Notes: generated by a model not told the origin, from the sequence alone. A stretch of 64,000 bases of DNA from an uncultured Prevotella sp. (GCA_900322035.1 ONYL01000007.1:8812-72811), one strand, 5' to 3'; shown: positions 19,644 to 30,047, numbered from the stretch's first letter. Made by a program: numbers and translations.

Positions 19644-20774
19644 ATGGAACGCATAAGACTGCTTGTAGAACACCTCATGAGCTATTGCGGCGTGAGCGAC
19701 AAAGCCGTTCACGTAGTTGCGCTTTTGCTGCTGATCGCCTTGACTGGACTCTTGGCATGGCTGGCCGACGGATTGGCGCTGCGCATTTTCGTGCCACTGG
19801 CGCGCAAGTTCACGACCCGCACCAAAGCCGCCTGGGACGACATCGTCTTCAACGAACGGGCCGTGAGATCGTTCTGCCATCTGGCACCGGCCATCGTCGT
19901 GTGGATCATCATGCCCATGTTCTTCTACGACCATCCCGTGGCGGGCAACTGGATAGGCCGACTGACGGCCGCCTATTTCACCCTCGCCTTCACGCGGTTG
20001 CTGCTCACGCTCTTAAGCAATGTCCAGGAGCTCGACATGCAACAGTCGTCGTATGTCAGGCAGTACATCCATTCCTTCTGTGGAGTGATGAAGATCCTGT
20101 GTGTCTTCATCGCCGTGGTAGTGGTCGTCGCCATCCTCATCAACAAGAACCCGATGGCTCTCTTTGCCGGATTGGGCGCCACGAGTGCTATCCTGATGCT
20201 CATCTTCAAAGACACCATTGAGGGACTCGTGGCCGGCATCCGACTGACAAGCGCTGAAATGGTTGCCGTGGGCGATTGGATCACCGTTGCTTCAGCGGGG
20301 GCCGACGGAATCGTCATTGAGATCACGCTGACTACCGTAAAAATACAGAATTTCGACAACACCATCGTCACCATCTCCCCCATGACGCTGGTCAACGGAT
20401 CTTTCCGCAATTGGAAAGGGATGCAGCAGGGCGCGGGCCGAAGGGTGACGCGTGTGGTCTACATCGACTTCCGCAGCATTCATTTCATGGATGAAGACAA
20501 GACCACGACCAACCTCGGCGCTTACCGCACGGCCATGGAGAAATGGCTGGGCGAGAATCCGCTTGTCAATACCGACATGACATTCATGGTGAGAGACAAG
20601 GAGGCCACGCAGAGCGGACTTCCCGTGGAATTCTACTTCTTCTTGAAAGAGAAGAACTGGACCGACTGGGAACACCAGTCGGCTTCCATCCTTGAATATG
20701 CCTACGCGAAAGCCCAAGACTATGGACTCGTGATCTATCAACAGTTTCCCAACCAGAACAACCATTCGCTATGA
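19644..20774 (+). CDS. Mechanosensitive ion channel (MscS family, YbdG-like)
   Basis: GLGATSAILMLIFKDTI, GDWI...ADG.V.EITLTTVKIQNFDNT, F.NWKGM...GRR motifs. Confidence 0.92.
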   Translation: MERIRLLVEHLMSYCGVSDKAVHVVALLLLIALTGLLAWLADGLALRIFVPLARKFTTRTKAAWDDIVFNERAVRSFCHLAPAIVVWIIMPMFFYDHPVAGNWIGRLTAAYFTLAFTRLLLTLLSNVQELDMQQSSYVRQYIHSFCGVMKILCVFIAVVVVVAILINKNPMALFAGLGATSAILMLIFKDTIEGLVAGIRLTSAEMVAVGDWITVASAGADGIVIEITLTTVKIQNFDNTIVTISPMTLVNGSFRNWKGMQQGAGRRVTRVVYIDFRSIHFMDEDKTTTNLGAYRTAMEKWLGENPLVNTDMTFMVRDKEATQSGLPVEFYFFLKEKNWTDWEHQSASILEYAYAKAQDYGLVIYQQFPNQNNHSL

Positions 20775-21904
20775 ACAGAAGATTTATTTTCTTTCTCCTT
20801 GTCTGGATCCTTGCATTATCCCTATCGGCCCAACCTGCTACTATCAACAGCGGATGGCGCATGCGCTATGTGAAGAGTCATCATCTCATGTCCAAAGGAG
20901 CTGAGACCAATGTGGTCGATATGGATTTGGAATGGCCCGACGAGATCGACTTTCAAGACGTCGAGCCCCTTCGTGCCTATCTGTGCCAGACACTCTTCGA
21001 CGTTCAGGCAACCACTCTCCCCGCAGCCTACAAAGCTTTCATGCGGCGACAGGGCACGGAGGTTAGCAGGACCTTCGACACTCTGCCCGACGACAGCAAG
21101 TTCTGTTATTCTACGCTCAAGCTCAAATACCTCGGCGGCGAAACCAACCGCTTCGCGTCCTTCAGAGTATCGGCAAACATAGAGCCTCAGCCAAATTCCA
21201 GCCAAAAGGCCCGTCAGGTGGAAAGTCTGATCACCTATGATCTCCTGTCGCAGCGCGTGCTCACGGCAAAGGAGCTGCTGAGCAACAACAGTACTTCCTT
21301 TGGACAGTGGGTGGGCGAAGCCTATCGGGTATCCTTCTTTACTGAAACCGACCAATACTCGGCCCTCATCAAGGAATGCTGTCTCATGGACAGTGGAAAT
21401 CTTCTCGCCTTTCTTCTCGACGACGAAGGTGATGACGGTACGATGCTCGTGGCCCAAACCTTTCCGAACGCTTTTGCCAAATCGTTTTTCAGCAAGGATG
21501 CCAAGCGTCTGCTGAAAGCCAAAATCACGGGTTCAAAGCCCTTGGCCACCATCAGCCCTGAGGTCAGGGCGCTCCTCGGCCAGTACGACATGGCACCCGA
21601 CACGCCGGCCACAGCCGACTCCTTGAAGCAGACAAGCCAAGACATCATAAGATATATCGCCGGCAACTTCCAACTGCCCGAAGGCGTTCAGCATTCCAAC
21701 GGAACCGTAACCGCGTATGTCGGATTTGTCTTAGACAGCACGGGCTACGTCAAAGAGCCTTGCATTTTGAAAAGCATGGGGCCCGCCATGGACCAGGAAT
21801 TGGTCACAACTCTGCTCATGATGCCACGACAGAAGCCCATTGTCATCGACGGACGGAAGAAGAGTGCCGTAGTTCAGATCCCCTTTCGAATACGATTCCA
21901 GTAA
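20771..21904 (+). CDS. Periplasmic protein with TonB C-terminal domain
   Basis: Signal peptide; C-terminal GTV...FVLDSTGYV...MDQE...MP..KP...DGR...PFRIRFQ. Confidence 0.7.
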   Translation: MNRRFIFFLLVWILALSLSAQPATINSGWRMRYVKSHHLMSKGAETNVVDMDLEWPDEIDFQDVEPLRAYLCQTLFDVQATTLPAAYKAFMRRQGTEVSRTFDTLPDDSKFCYSTLKLKYLGGETNRFASFRVSANIEPQPNSSQKARQVESLITYDLLSQRVLTAKELLSNNSTSFGQWVGEAYRVSFFTETDQYSALIKECCLMDSGNLLAFLLDDEGDDGTMLVAQTFPNAFAKSFFSKDAKRLLKAKITGSKPLATISPEVRALLGQYDMAPDTPATADSLKQTSQDIIRYIAGNFQLPEGVQHSNGTVTAYVGFVLDSTGYVKEPCILKSMGPAMDQELVTTLLMMPRQKPIVIDGRKKSAVVQIPFRIRFQ

Positions 21905-21920
21905 TTAGTCATTCCACAAC

Positions 21921-22727
21921 ATGAGATATTACAGAAACCGTTTCCCCTATTCCAATGGCTATCACCGCCATCATCACCATCACAGACACCAATGGACAGG
22001 ACCCATCCTGGTGGCTGTCTTGATTGGCGTCGTGTTGGCGTTCATCGCAATGCCGGCTACCGTATTCTATGCCATCGGAGATTTTCTTGGTATGTGGACA
22101 GACAAAGGGGACACGGTTGGCAGCGACAATCTCATCCACGGCATTGATGTCTCACGCTATCAAGGGGAGATCAACTGGCAGCAGGTGGCCAACGAAAATG
22201 TGATCAGTTTCGCCTATATCAAAGCCACGGAAGGCAGCGACCTCACCGACAGCCGATTCGCCGACAATTTCAAAGGCGCGCGCGAGGTGGGACTGCGCGT
22301 GGGTGCCTACCATTTCCTGTCGGATAAGAGCAACATGCGCGACCAGTTTGAAAACTATCGAAGGCATGTCCCCAAGTCAAAACTCGATCTCCTGCCAATG
22401 GTGGATGTGGAGGAGAGCGGAGTGGGCAGATGGTCAGCCGCACAGATCCAGGACAGTCTGGCCGTATTCTGTCAGCTCGTGAAGGATCATTACGGCAAGC
22501 TGCCCATCATCTATACCTATTCTAATTTTTACAACAACTACCTTTACGAACATTTCCATAACTATTACCTGTTCATTGCCAACTACAACCACTATCCCAA
22601 CATCAAGGGTGCTGGCCAACACAATATCTGGCAAAAGAGCGAACGCGGGCGCATAAATGGCATTCACGGTTATGTCGACCTCGATGTTCTCTCCAATGGC
22701 ACCACCCTTGACGATATTGCTCTATAA
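21921..22727 (+). CDS. Membrane-anchored GH25 muramidase
   Basis: HGIDVSRYQG.I.W, FAYIKATEG, GAYHF, PMVDVE, IWQ and VDLD motifs; His-rich N-terminus followed by a TM helix. Confidence 0.92.
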   Translation: MRYYRNRFPYSNGYHRHHHHHRHQWTGPILVAVLIGVVLAFIAMPATVFYAIGDFLGMWTDKGDTVGSDNLIHGIDVSRYQGEINWQQVANENVISFAYIKATEGSDLTDSRFADNFKGAREVGLRVGAYHFLSDKSNMRDQFENYRRHVPKSKLDLLPMVDVEESGVGRWSAAQIQDSLAVFCQLVKDHYGKLPIIYTYSNFYNNYLYEHFHNYYLFIANYNHYPNIKGAGQHNIWQKSERGRINGIHGYVDLDVLSNGTTLDDIAL

Positions 22728-22740
22728 GACAGGCGAAACC

Positions 22741-22821
22741 TGGCGAACGCCGCGCAATCCTGTGGCGAATGCCTCACATTCATGTGGCACTCGCAATACA
22801 TTCGCGTGGTGAACACCACGA
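22741..22821. repeat. Degenerate 22-bp tandem repeat related to the 10933 array
   Basis: TGGCGAACGCC..., TGGCGAATGCC..., TGGCACTCGCA... and TGGTGAACACC... start at 22741, 22763, 22785 and 22807. Confidence 0.7.
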
Positions 22822-22834
22822 ATCATCAGAAGAC

Positions 22835-22880
22835 AGACCAACCGGGGGCAAATGCGATTGCATCTGCCCCCGGTTGGTCT
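22835..22880. terminator. Near-perfect 21-bp hairpin between convergent genes
   Basis: AGACCAACCGGGGGCAAATGC-GATT-GCATCTGCCCCCGGTTGGTCT with one mismatch; no clear U-tract. Confidence 0.55.
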
Positions 22881-22894
22881 ACACGAGGATAAGA

Positions 22895-24322
22895 TTATCT
22901 GACGGCTACCTTTGCCGTTGCGCCTCCCGCCTTCACGACATACATGCCACGGGGCAATGCCACCTGGATTTGTCCATGTTCTGCCGTTCCTTCATTCATC
23001 AACTTTCCACTGATGGAATAGACGGCAAAGCGCGTTGGAGCTCCCTGGTTTCTAATCTCCAAACGTCCGTCTCTTCCGCACATCTCCAAGCCTCCCGAGA
23101 CCAGAGCAGTCTTCACGGCTGTCGGAAAATCATTGGTCTCGATGTAGCCGAAGAAATAGTTCCATCCATTGGCATCGTGGTACAGGTCGGCGGAGCCTAC
23201 GGGCACGTATACGGGAATGTTGAAAGGCGTAGCGCCGCCAAAACTAATGTCATTGCCATCCCACGTCCCCAAGCATTGCGGTGGGGCGGGCGACTCAGAC
23301 CAAATGGCCTTTAGACCTGGCATGTCCATGAAAGCTGAGCGGCCTATGGATTCTACACTTGCCGGAATGGCCAAACTGTCTATGCCGGAGCAGTATCTGA
23401 AGGCGGCATCGCCTATACGCTTCAGTCCCTCGGGGAGAACAGCGTTCTTAAGTGCGGGACAATTCATGAATGCCATATCCTCAATTTCCTCTATCGTAGA
23501 GGGAAAATCCACGGTTTCTAAAAGTCGGTTGGAGCAAGCTATGTATCGTGGCACTATCGTTGTACCCTCCGAGAAGGTCAGTCGCTTCAACTCTACGGCA
23601 TCCGAAAAAGCTTCGAACCCAACATGACTACAGGAAGCGGGCAGTGTCAAATGCTCGATATGGTTGCCACTGAAGGCTGCCATGCCAATACTGTCAAGCC
23701 CCTCGGGCAGGTTCACCTGCGTGATCCTCGCATTATAGAAAGCCACCTGATCGATGACCTTGATGGTTGAAGGCAATACCACTTCCCTCAAACTGTGGCA
23801 ATCCGTGAAACAGTTTCCAGGTATCACCTCCACTCCCTCGGGAATCACAAGCGGAGAGACCGCGAGATTCCAACATTGATAGAAAGCATAGATCCCGAGC
23901 TTCTCCAGCGACGCAGGCATATTGATTCGCTCAAGCAACGACCAGGCAAAGGCACTGTTGCCAATCTCCGTAATGTCGTCGGGCAACACAATCTCCTTCA
24001 AAGGCAGCATAACCCAGTATTCGGGTAGATTCTGCTCGCTGGGATTGTAAAAAGCATAAGGCGGAATGCGGTGGTTTTTCACCGTGGCCGTACTCAGATT
24101 GATATAAACCAACTTGCCATGAAAGCTGGCATTCCATAGCGCGCGGATGTCTGTAGAGTCTATCGGGCCCTCCACCCAGATCGAATCTATCTCGTTCAAA
24201 CGATCCCCAACAGCGTCGGCCAACTCTCCGTAAGTATTCACTTTTACGCGGAGATTTGAAGCTGTACAAATGGGTGCAGACAAAACCAACGCCAATAAAG
24301 TTAATAGTGTAATTTTCTTCAT
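22895..24322 (-). CDS. BspA-type leucine-rich-repeat surface protein, probable T9SS cargo
   Basis: Signal peptide, repeated LP..L..IG..AF..C units, and C-terminal VYSISGKL...LPRGMYVVKAG..TAKVAVR resembling a type-A CTD. Confidence 0.9.
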   Translation of the reverse strand: MKKITLLTLLALVLSAPICTASNLRVKVNTYGELADAVGDRLNEIDSIWVEGPIDSTDIRALWNASFHGKLVYINLSTATVKNHRIPPYAFYNPSEQNLPEYWVMLPLKEIVLPDDITEIGNSAFAWSLLERINMPASLEKLGIYAFYQCWNLAVSPLVIPEGVEVIPGNCFTDCHSLREVVLPSTIKVIDQVAFYNARITQVNLPEGLDSIGMAAFSGNHIEHLTLPASCSHVGFEAFSDAVELKRLTFSEGTTIVPRYIACSNRLLETVDFPSTIEEIEDMAFMNCPALKNAVLPEGLKRIGDAAFRYCSGIDSLAIPASVESIGRSAFMDMPGLKAIWSESPAPPQCLGTWDGNDISFGGATPFNIPVYVPVGSADLYHDANGWNYFFGYIETNDFPTAVKTALVSGGLEMCGRDGRLEIRNQGAPTRFAVYSISGKLMNEGTAEHGQIQVALPRGMYVVKAGGATAKVAVR

Positions 24323-24587
24323 ACGACATCTTTAGTTTAAAAGTAACATAGTAAAAAAAACAGGAGCTCAGTCGCTACTCGATATCCATAAAAATAGAAA
24401 GCACCTTCCCTCCTTAACCTATCGTTGCAAATATAAGAAAATAACGAATAGGCTCCAAGCAAAATATCGGTTTTTTTTACAAACTATAAAAAAACTTATT
24501 TCTGAGAAGATCTCATCAAATATCACAGACGCTTCTCATCCTTGGCCGGGAAAATGAACAGCCGGAAAGTACTACCACGTCTGATAC

Positions 24588-24629
24588 AAAAAAAGGAGAC
24601 AAGCATCCATGGCGGGCACTTGTCTCCTT
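24588..24629 (-). terminator. Terminator of susCD
   Basis: AAGGAGACAAG...CTTGTCTCCTT stem with an A7 run. Confidence 0.75.
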
Positions 24630-24704
24630 GTCTTATTTTTTTTCTTGTGACCGAAATATCGGGGAACGGTTGTCGTTCCCGATCCCCAGTCATGTCATCA
24701 GGCA

Positions 24705-26630
24705 TCAATAGTTGGGACCTTCGCCAAAGTTGGGCGCGCCCTTGTCGTACCATACCCTCTCGCTGTTGAGCAGAGAAGGATTGGTTCCATCGCTGAAGGT
24801 GAATCCCTCTTCCTGGAAGGCTGCCTCCAACTGTGCCTTCATCTTGTCAGCATCAGTAGGCTGCGTCTGATAGAAGCGGCGGGGAATCTCATTGCTCGGT
24901 TTCATCTTCACCCATGGAATGAGTTTCGATCCCACCTTGGGGATACCGGTACGGCGCACGGTGACAAACTGGTCGATGGGCTGATAGTAGAAGTGGAGAT
25001 ACATCTGGATGTAGATCTTCTCAAGATCCGAAGACTTGTCGCCCGTGAGCTGATAGTCGCTGTGGGTCATCATCTCATTGATTTCCGAACTGCCGTAGGT
25101 CACTGGCTGGTCGTCCAGTCCCTCATAGCACTGGGCCGTACTGTAGTAGGGGATCTTGTTGAGCTCGGCCAAGCGATTGTACTCCTGTGCTGAAGCACGT
25201 ACGGCCATATTGAAGTAATCCGACGCAGACTTAGGCAAGTTGGCGCCTAAGGTTTTGAACTCTGCCAAATAGAGATTCATCTCCGCCGTGCTCATCGTCA
25301 TGCCATACCACGGCTGGTCTTCCGTATCCTGGATGGTACGGCCGCCTGGCTTGGTGGGGAAGGTGAAGTCGCAGCGTCCGCGCACCAGCTCCTCGTTGAA
25401 GGTGGAATAGGGACGATAGGTCTTTGCGGCATCGCCCACGGTCACCTGCCAGCGGGTGGTGACGAAGTAGTTGTAGTCGCCGATATAGTCTGCACTGTCG
25501 TTCATATTGATGCCAATGGGTATGCCATAGTAGCGCACCCAAGGCTCGCCTTGTCCCTTCCAGCCTTTGAAATAGCGGTGGCCGTCGGAGCCAACAGAGT
25601 CCACCACGTTGTCGAGGATATACTGTGGCACGGCGCAACGTGTATCGCCATTGGCCTGAGCGTCGAAGAAGGCCTGAATCACCTCAGCGTTGTAGCTGTT
25701 CTTGGTGAACATCACAAGCATGCGGGGGTCTTCATTTTTCTTCATGAAGTCGATGACATTTTTGCTGCTGGCTCCCAAGTTCACGCTGTTGCCCGTCTGA
25801 TAGGCATAGTCGCCATTGTTTCCGTCGGTGGCTTCCGTTCCGCGGTTGTAGATGTAGTCATCAGAGAGTCCGGACATGACGTTGTCGTCGCTCGCTCCCA
25901 CTTCCTCGGCAATCTTCAGCGCCTGTGCGCGGTTCTGATGCAGCAGTCTCACCGCGATCTTCAATTTCAATCCATTGGCATACTTCACCCATTTGGTCAG
26001 GTCGCCACCGTAGACGATATCGTTCTTGCCGGCCTGAATCTGATCGGTAGCCGTCTTGAAGGTATTGATGTCCTCATTGAGCTCTGCGAGCCATTCCGTG
26101 AAGAGTTCCTCCTGCGTGTCGTATTTCGGCGTCGTGGTACCTCCATAGCGCAGCTGCACGGCTTCAGAGTAAGGCATAGAGCCAAACATGTCGGCATCGT
26201 TGATGGCCAAGTGCACGGAGAGTACGTTGGCCATACATTTGATTGAAGCATATTTGCCACCCTCCTCACTCCCCAGCTCGGAGATGCGTTCCTTGATTTC
26301 GTTCTCATACTCCTTCACGTCAACATATTGTGAGCCACATCCGCCCAATTCTCCCATCTGATTGAACAGGTCGCCGAAGCTGCCCGCCGGCGTATACGAC
26401 TGAGCAAACTCGGTGGTGTAGGCACCATCGTAAAACCAGAGCAGGTAGTCGAAAGGTTGAAACTTGGTCTGGGCCTGAGTCAGCAAGTAGGGGATATTGG
26501 CCTTACCGACGGTAGAGGGGTCCGTATTGATTTCTGCGAATTTGTCTTCGCTGCAGCTTGCCAAAGCCAGGACTGCAGTGGCGGCGATGGCCAGCGAACG
26601 CGAATGGCGAATCATATATTTCATTTTCAT
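24705..26630 (-). CDS. SusD/RagB-family outer-membrane lipoprotein
   Basis: Lipobox LASC, DMFGSMPYSEA, PKYDTQEE, D..YGGD..KW.KYAN.LKL and RRTG.P motifs. Confidence 0.93.
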   Translation of the reverse strand: MKMKYMIRHSRSLAIAATAVLALASCSEDKFAEINTDPSTVGKANIPYLLTQAQTKFQPFDYLLWFYDGAYTTEFAQSYTPAGSFGDLFNQMGELGGCGSQYVDVKEYENEIKERISELGSEEGGKYASIKCMANVLSVHLAINDADMFGSMPYSEAVQLRYGGTTTPKYDTQEELFTEWLAELNEDINTFKTATDQIQAGKNDIVYGGDLTKWVKYANGLKLKIAVRLLHQNRAQALKIAEEVGASDDNVMSGLSDDYIYNRGTEATDGNNGDYAYQTGNSVNLGASSKNVIDFMKKNEDPRMLVMFTKNSYNAEVIQAFFDAQANGDTRCAVPQYILDNVVDSVGSDGHRYFKGWKGQGEPWVRYYGIPIGINMNDSADYIGDYNYFVTTRWQVTVGDAAKTYRPYSTFNEELVRGRCDFTFPTKPGGRTIQDTEDQPWYGMTMSTAEMNLYLAEFKTLGANLPKSASDYFNMAVRASAQEYNRLAELNKIPYYSTAQCYEGLDDQPVTYGSSEINEMMTHSDYQLTGDKSSDLEKIYIQMYLHFYYQPIDQFVTVRRTGIPKVGSKLIPWVKMKPSNEIPRRFYQTQPTDADKMKAQLEAAFQEEGFTFSDGTNPSLLNSERVWYDKGAPNFGEGPNY

Positions 26631-26651
26631 AATCGTAATCTTATTAAGTCC

Positions 26652-29600
26652 TTAGAATGTTGCACTGAGGGTGAAGAGATAGCTTGCGGTGTATGGGCTG
26701 TAGGAGCGCATACGGAACATAGCCGCACCCGTACCGCGTACCGACTCGGGATTCTCATGGTTGGGCGCCGTGTTGAGCAGGTAGCAGAGGTTACGTCCGG
26801 TGACGCTCAGCGACAGACTGTTGGCACCGATATACTTATAGATGCTTCTTGGGAAAGCATAGGAGAGTGTGATCTCACGCAGGGCGATATAGTTGAGCTT
26901 CTTGCACCAGTCGCTGGTGACGACACCCTGTCCCCATGCGTTCTTGAAATATTCCCAGGTCTCCAAGTGGGCATATTCCACATAACCCTTGTCGAACGCT
27001 TCCTGATAGGTCATACCGCTGACATCGACAACCTGTCCGGAAGGCGTCGAGACTTTGGTTCCCTTGTCGAACACAACGTCGGGGATGAAGCCGTCGGTAT
27101 AGGTAATTCCTGCACGATCGGCATACTGGCTGGTCCAGGTAGCTCCTTGGCGATATTTCTCCGAGACGCCCGAATATCCGTAGGCGTTGGCATAACGCGA
27201 GCCGTAGGAAGCTACGTAGCCGCCAAAACGGCAGTCGAGCAACATGTAGAGGCTCAGATTCTTCCAGCGCAGAGTGGTGTTGAGCGAACCGAGGAAGTCG
27301 GGATTCATCGAACCCAGTTCCTGCACGACGCCCGAACGCAACAGATAGGGGCTGTGATAGCCATTGCTGTAGCCGACAACCTGCTTGCCTGTCTTCTCGT
27401 CGATCTTGGGCAAGGCATCGGTCATCAGGATGCCATAGCTGTCGCCCACCTTAGCCACAGAGCCTATACGGTAGTTGCCATAGTCGGTATAACCATCGAG
27501 GACGATCCAGTTGGCAACATCCTTGTGGAGCGAGACAATCTTGTTGCGGTTGCGCGTATAGGTGAAGTTCAGATCCCACTGCCAGTCGCGGGTCTTGACG
27601 GGCGTGGTGTTAAGGGCAAGCTCGATACCCCTGTTCTGAATGTTACCGGCATTGACCAGCTCGGATGAGGGGCCCGACCAGTTAGGAACGGAGATCGACA
27701 TAATCTGATTCTTGGTGTTCTCTTTATAATAGGTGAAGTCGATGCCGATACGGCTGTCGAGGAACCGCCAGTCGAGACCTACTTCCCATGAGTTTTTGCG
27801 CTCAGGCTTCAGGTCGGTGCTCTTCACCTGGTCGGGGAGTTCCAGTCCATATACTTGCTGACCGTTGATGGTATAGGTGCGCAGGGTATAGCCAGAGTTG
27901 ATGTAGTAAGGATCGGTATCGTTACCCACCTGAGCCCAAGAGGCACGCAACTTGGCAAAGGAGATCCACTTCGGGAGCTGGTCTCTGAACGACTGTGTGA
28001 TGATCCACGAACCCGACACTGAGGGATAGAAATAAGAGAAGTTGCCACGACCGCTTGTATAGACCAGGGCCGACGACCAGTCGTTTCGTCCTGTCACATC
28101 CACAAACAGCTGGTCTTTCCAGCTGCCGCCCACCTGGAAGATGGTGGAAACGATGCGTTTGGTGTTGTACTTATAGCCGCTGAAGCTGGCGCGCTCTTTC
28201 GAGTTGGAGATGAAATACTGATTGGGAACGATCAGACCACCGTTGGTGTTCTCGCCGTTGTACTGAGCATGCTGGTTGAAATATTCCTCACGCAAGAATC
28301 CGTGAGCCTCCCAGTCGTCATTGAACTTCTTGTTGACGTTGGCACTGATGTAGGCATTCTCTTGCTTCACCTGCTGGTGGGAGATCGTATACTGGCCGCC
28401 CTCGTTGGCATAGCCTGAGCCTGGATATTTGCCTTCTGCGTCGATATAGTAGTTGTTCAAGCTACCACCGGCCCTAAACTGCAACCAGTCTGTTGCGTCG
28501 ACCGTGAGGTTGACAACCGGACGCACGGTGGTTTCTGTCTGGCGGTAATCGTCCTCATAAAGGCTCCACCACAGGCCACGGCCAGGAACAGAGCGATAGG
28601 CATCACCATAGGTTGCGCTGGCCAGTCCGCCATGAGAACCTTTGTAGAGATGCTTATAGTAGTTGACATTGTACTCGCGCGGGAAGGTGCCCGTGGCAAA
28701 ATACTCACCGATGTTCACCTGAGCGTTGCGCGGTTGCGACTGCACATAGTTGATGCTGAAGTCGAGCGTGACGCGGCTGCCGATCTTCTGTGAGGCTTTA
28801 CCCAAGAACGAATAGCGGTAGAAGGTGTTGCGCGGCGTAGTACCTTTATTATATTTATAGGATGCCGAGGCATAGAATGTCGTACGGTCGGTACCGCCCT
28901 GCAGTGAAATGTTGGTATCGCTGTTCCAGCCGGTGTCGTAAGCATCCTTGTAGTTGTCCTTATAAATCTTCATCGGGCCATACGTACCATCGTATTGCTC
29001 AAACTCCTTACCGGCAGCCCATGAGATATTGGGTCCCCAGCCCACACCGCCGGCGTCGCCTTCGTGCTGGCTGATCATGGAGTACTTGCCTTCGCTGTTG
29101 CGCGAGTAGGCCGTGGCGTTGCTCGACCAGCGGTTGCCCGTTGCGTCATAGTCGTCGCCATAATAGACGATGCCGGGGAAGGCACCTTCAAGGTAGGAAT
29201 CCTGCAGATCCGGCGACTTGTAGACATGATCCACACCAAAGGTCTGGGAGAAGTGGATGCCGAGCCCCTTGCCGCTCTTTCCGCTCTTCGTGGTGATCAC
29301 GACGGCACCATTGAGACCACGTGAACCGTAGAGGGCCGTTGCGGCAGCGCCTTTCAGCACGGAGATGCTGGCGAAGTCGTCGGGGTTGAGGTTCTTCAAC
29401 TGGTTACCATAGTCGTTGATGTTGCTGTCCCAGTCGGCATCACCCGTATTGCTCGACGGGTTGTCGAGGATGACTCCATCCACAACGAAGATAGGCTGGT
29501 TGTCCTGGTGGAGCGTAGAGGCACCACGGATCTGGATCTTCGTCGAACCAAACATACCGCCATCCGACTGATTGATTTCCACACCAGCCGACTTGCCTTG

Positions 29601-30047
29601 CAGGGCGGCAACGGGTGAGATCGTATTGGCACGCTCCACTTCGTCGGCTTTCACCTCAGTAACGGCGTAACCCAAGGCCTTGGCCTCGCGCTTCATACCC
29701 AAAGCCGTCACGACAACTTCATTCAAGGCGGTAGACTCCTCATCGAAAGTGACATTGATGACTTTCTTTCCGTTTACTTCGACCTTCTTGGTCTTGTAGC
29801 CAATGTAGGAAAACTGAAGGGTGGCTTTGGGACTACACTTGATGGTGTAGTCGCCGTCCATGTTGGTGATGACACCGACATTGGCATTGACAACTTTCAC
29901 GCTGGCTCCCAATACGGGATCGCCCGTAGCGTCTTTCACTGAACCACGAACCGTAATTTCCTGAGCATACAGACTTGTCGCGATAAATATCATGACAAAT
30001 GTCAGGAATGCTCTGAGAGATGGGCTGTTCTTTTCAAATCTTGTCAT
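26652..30047 (-). CDS. SusC/RagA-family TonB-dependent transporter
   Basis: CarboxypepD-like N-domain, VVVTALG..R, LNPDD..SISVLKGAAATALYGSRG.NG, RNDWSS, LKPE and terminal F. Start moved to MTRFEK; TATCTTTG -7 element at 30147-30154 (-). Confidence 0.95.
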   Translation of the reverse strand: MTRFEKNSPSLRAFLTFVMIFIATSLYAQEITVRGSVKDATGDPVLGASVKVVNANVGVITNMDGDYTIKCSPKATLQFSYIGYKTKKVEVNGKKVINVTFDEESTALNEVVVTALGMKREAKALGYAVTEVKADEVERANTISPVAALQGKSAGVEINQSDGGMFGSTKIQIRGASTLHQDNQPIFVVDGVILDNPSSNTGDADWDSNINDYGNQLKNLNPDDFASISVLKGAAATALYGSRGLNGAVVITTKSGKSGKGLGIHFSQTFGVDHVYKSPDLQDSYLEGAFPGIVYYGDDYDATGNRWSSNATAYSRNSEGKYSMISQHEGDAGGVGWGPNISWAAGKEFEQYDGTYGPMKIYKDNYKDAYDTGWNSDTNISLQGGTDRTTFYASASYKYNKGTTPRNTFYRYSFLGKASQKIGSRVTLDFSINYVQSQPRNAQVNIGEYFATGTFPREYNVNYYKHLYKGSHGGLASATYGDAYRSVPGRGLWWSLYEDDYRQTETTVRPVVNLTVDATDWLQFRAGGSLNNYYIDAEGKYPGSGYANEGGQYTISHQQVKQENAYISANVNKKFNDDWEAHGFLREEYFNQHAQYNGENTNGGLIVPNQYFISNSKERASFSGYKYNTKRIVSTIFQVGGSWKDQLFVDVTGRNDWSSALVYTSGRGNFSYFYPSVSGSWIITQSFRDQLPKWISFAKLRASWAQVGNDTDPYYINSGYTLRTYTINGQQVYGLELPDQVKSTDLKPERKNSWEVGLDWRFLDSRIGIDFTYYKENTKNQIMSISVPNWSGPSSELVNAGNIQNRGIELALNTTPVKTRDWQWDLNFTYTRNRNKIVSLHKDVANWIVLDGYTDYGNYRIGSVAKVGDSYGILMTDALPKIDEKTGKQVVGYSNGYHSPYLLRSGVVQELGSMNPDFLGSLNTTLRWKNLSLYMLLDCRFGGYVASYGSRYANAYGYSGVSEKYRQGATWTSQYADRAGITYTDGFIPDVVFDKGTKVSTPSGQVVDVSGMTYQEAFDKGYVEYAHLETWEYFKNAWGQGVVTSDWCKKLNYIALREITLSYAFPRSIYKYIGANSLSLSVTGRNLCYLLNTAPNHENPESVRGTGAAMFRMRSYSPYTASYLFTLSATF

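Noticed and set aside
21921-22727. GH25 lysozyme as a prophage endolysin
   Set aside because: No holin, structural or integrase genes nearby; it sits in an envelope gene run.
26457-27668. 403-aa plus-strand ORF
   Set aside because: Antisense to susC/susD, as expected from codon bias.
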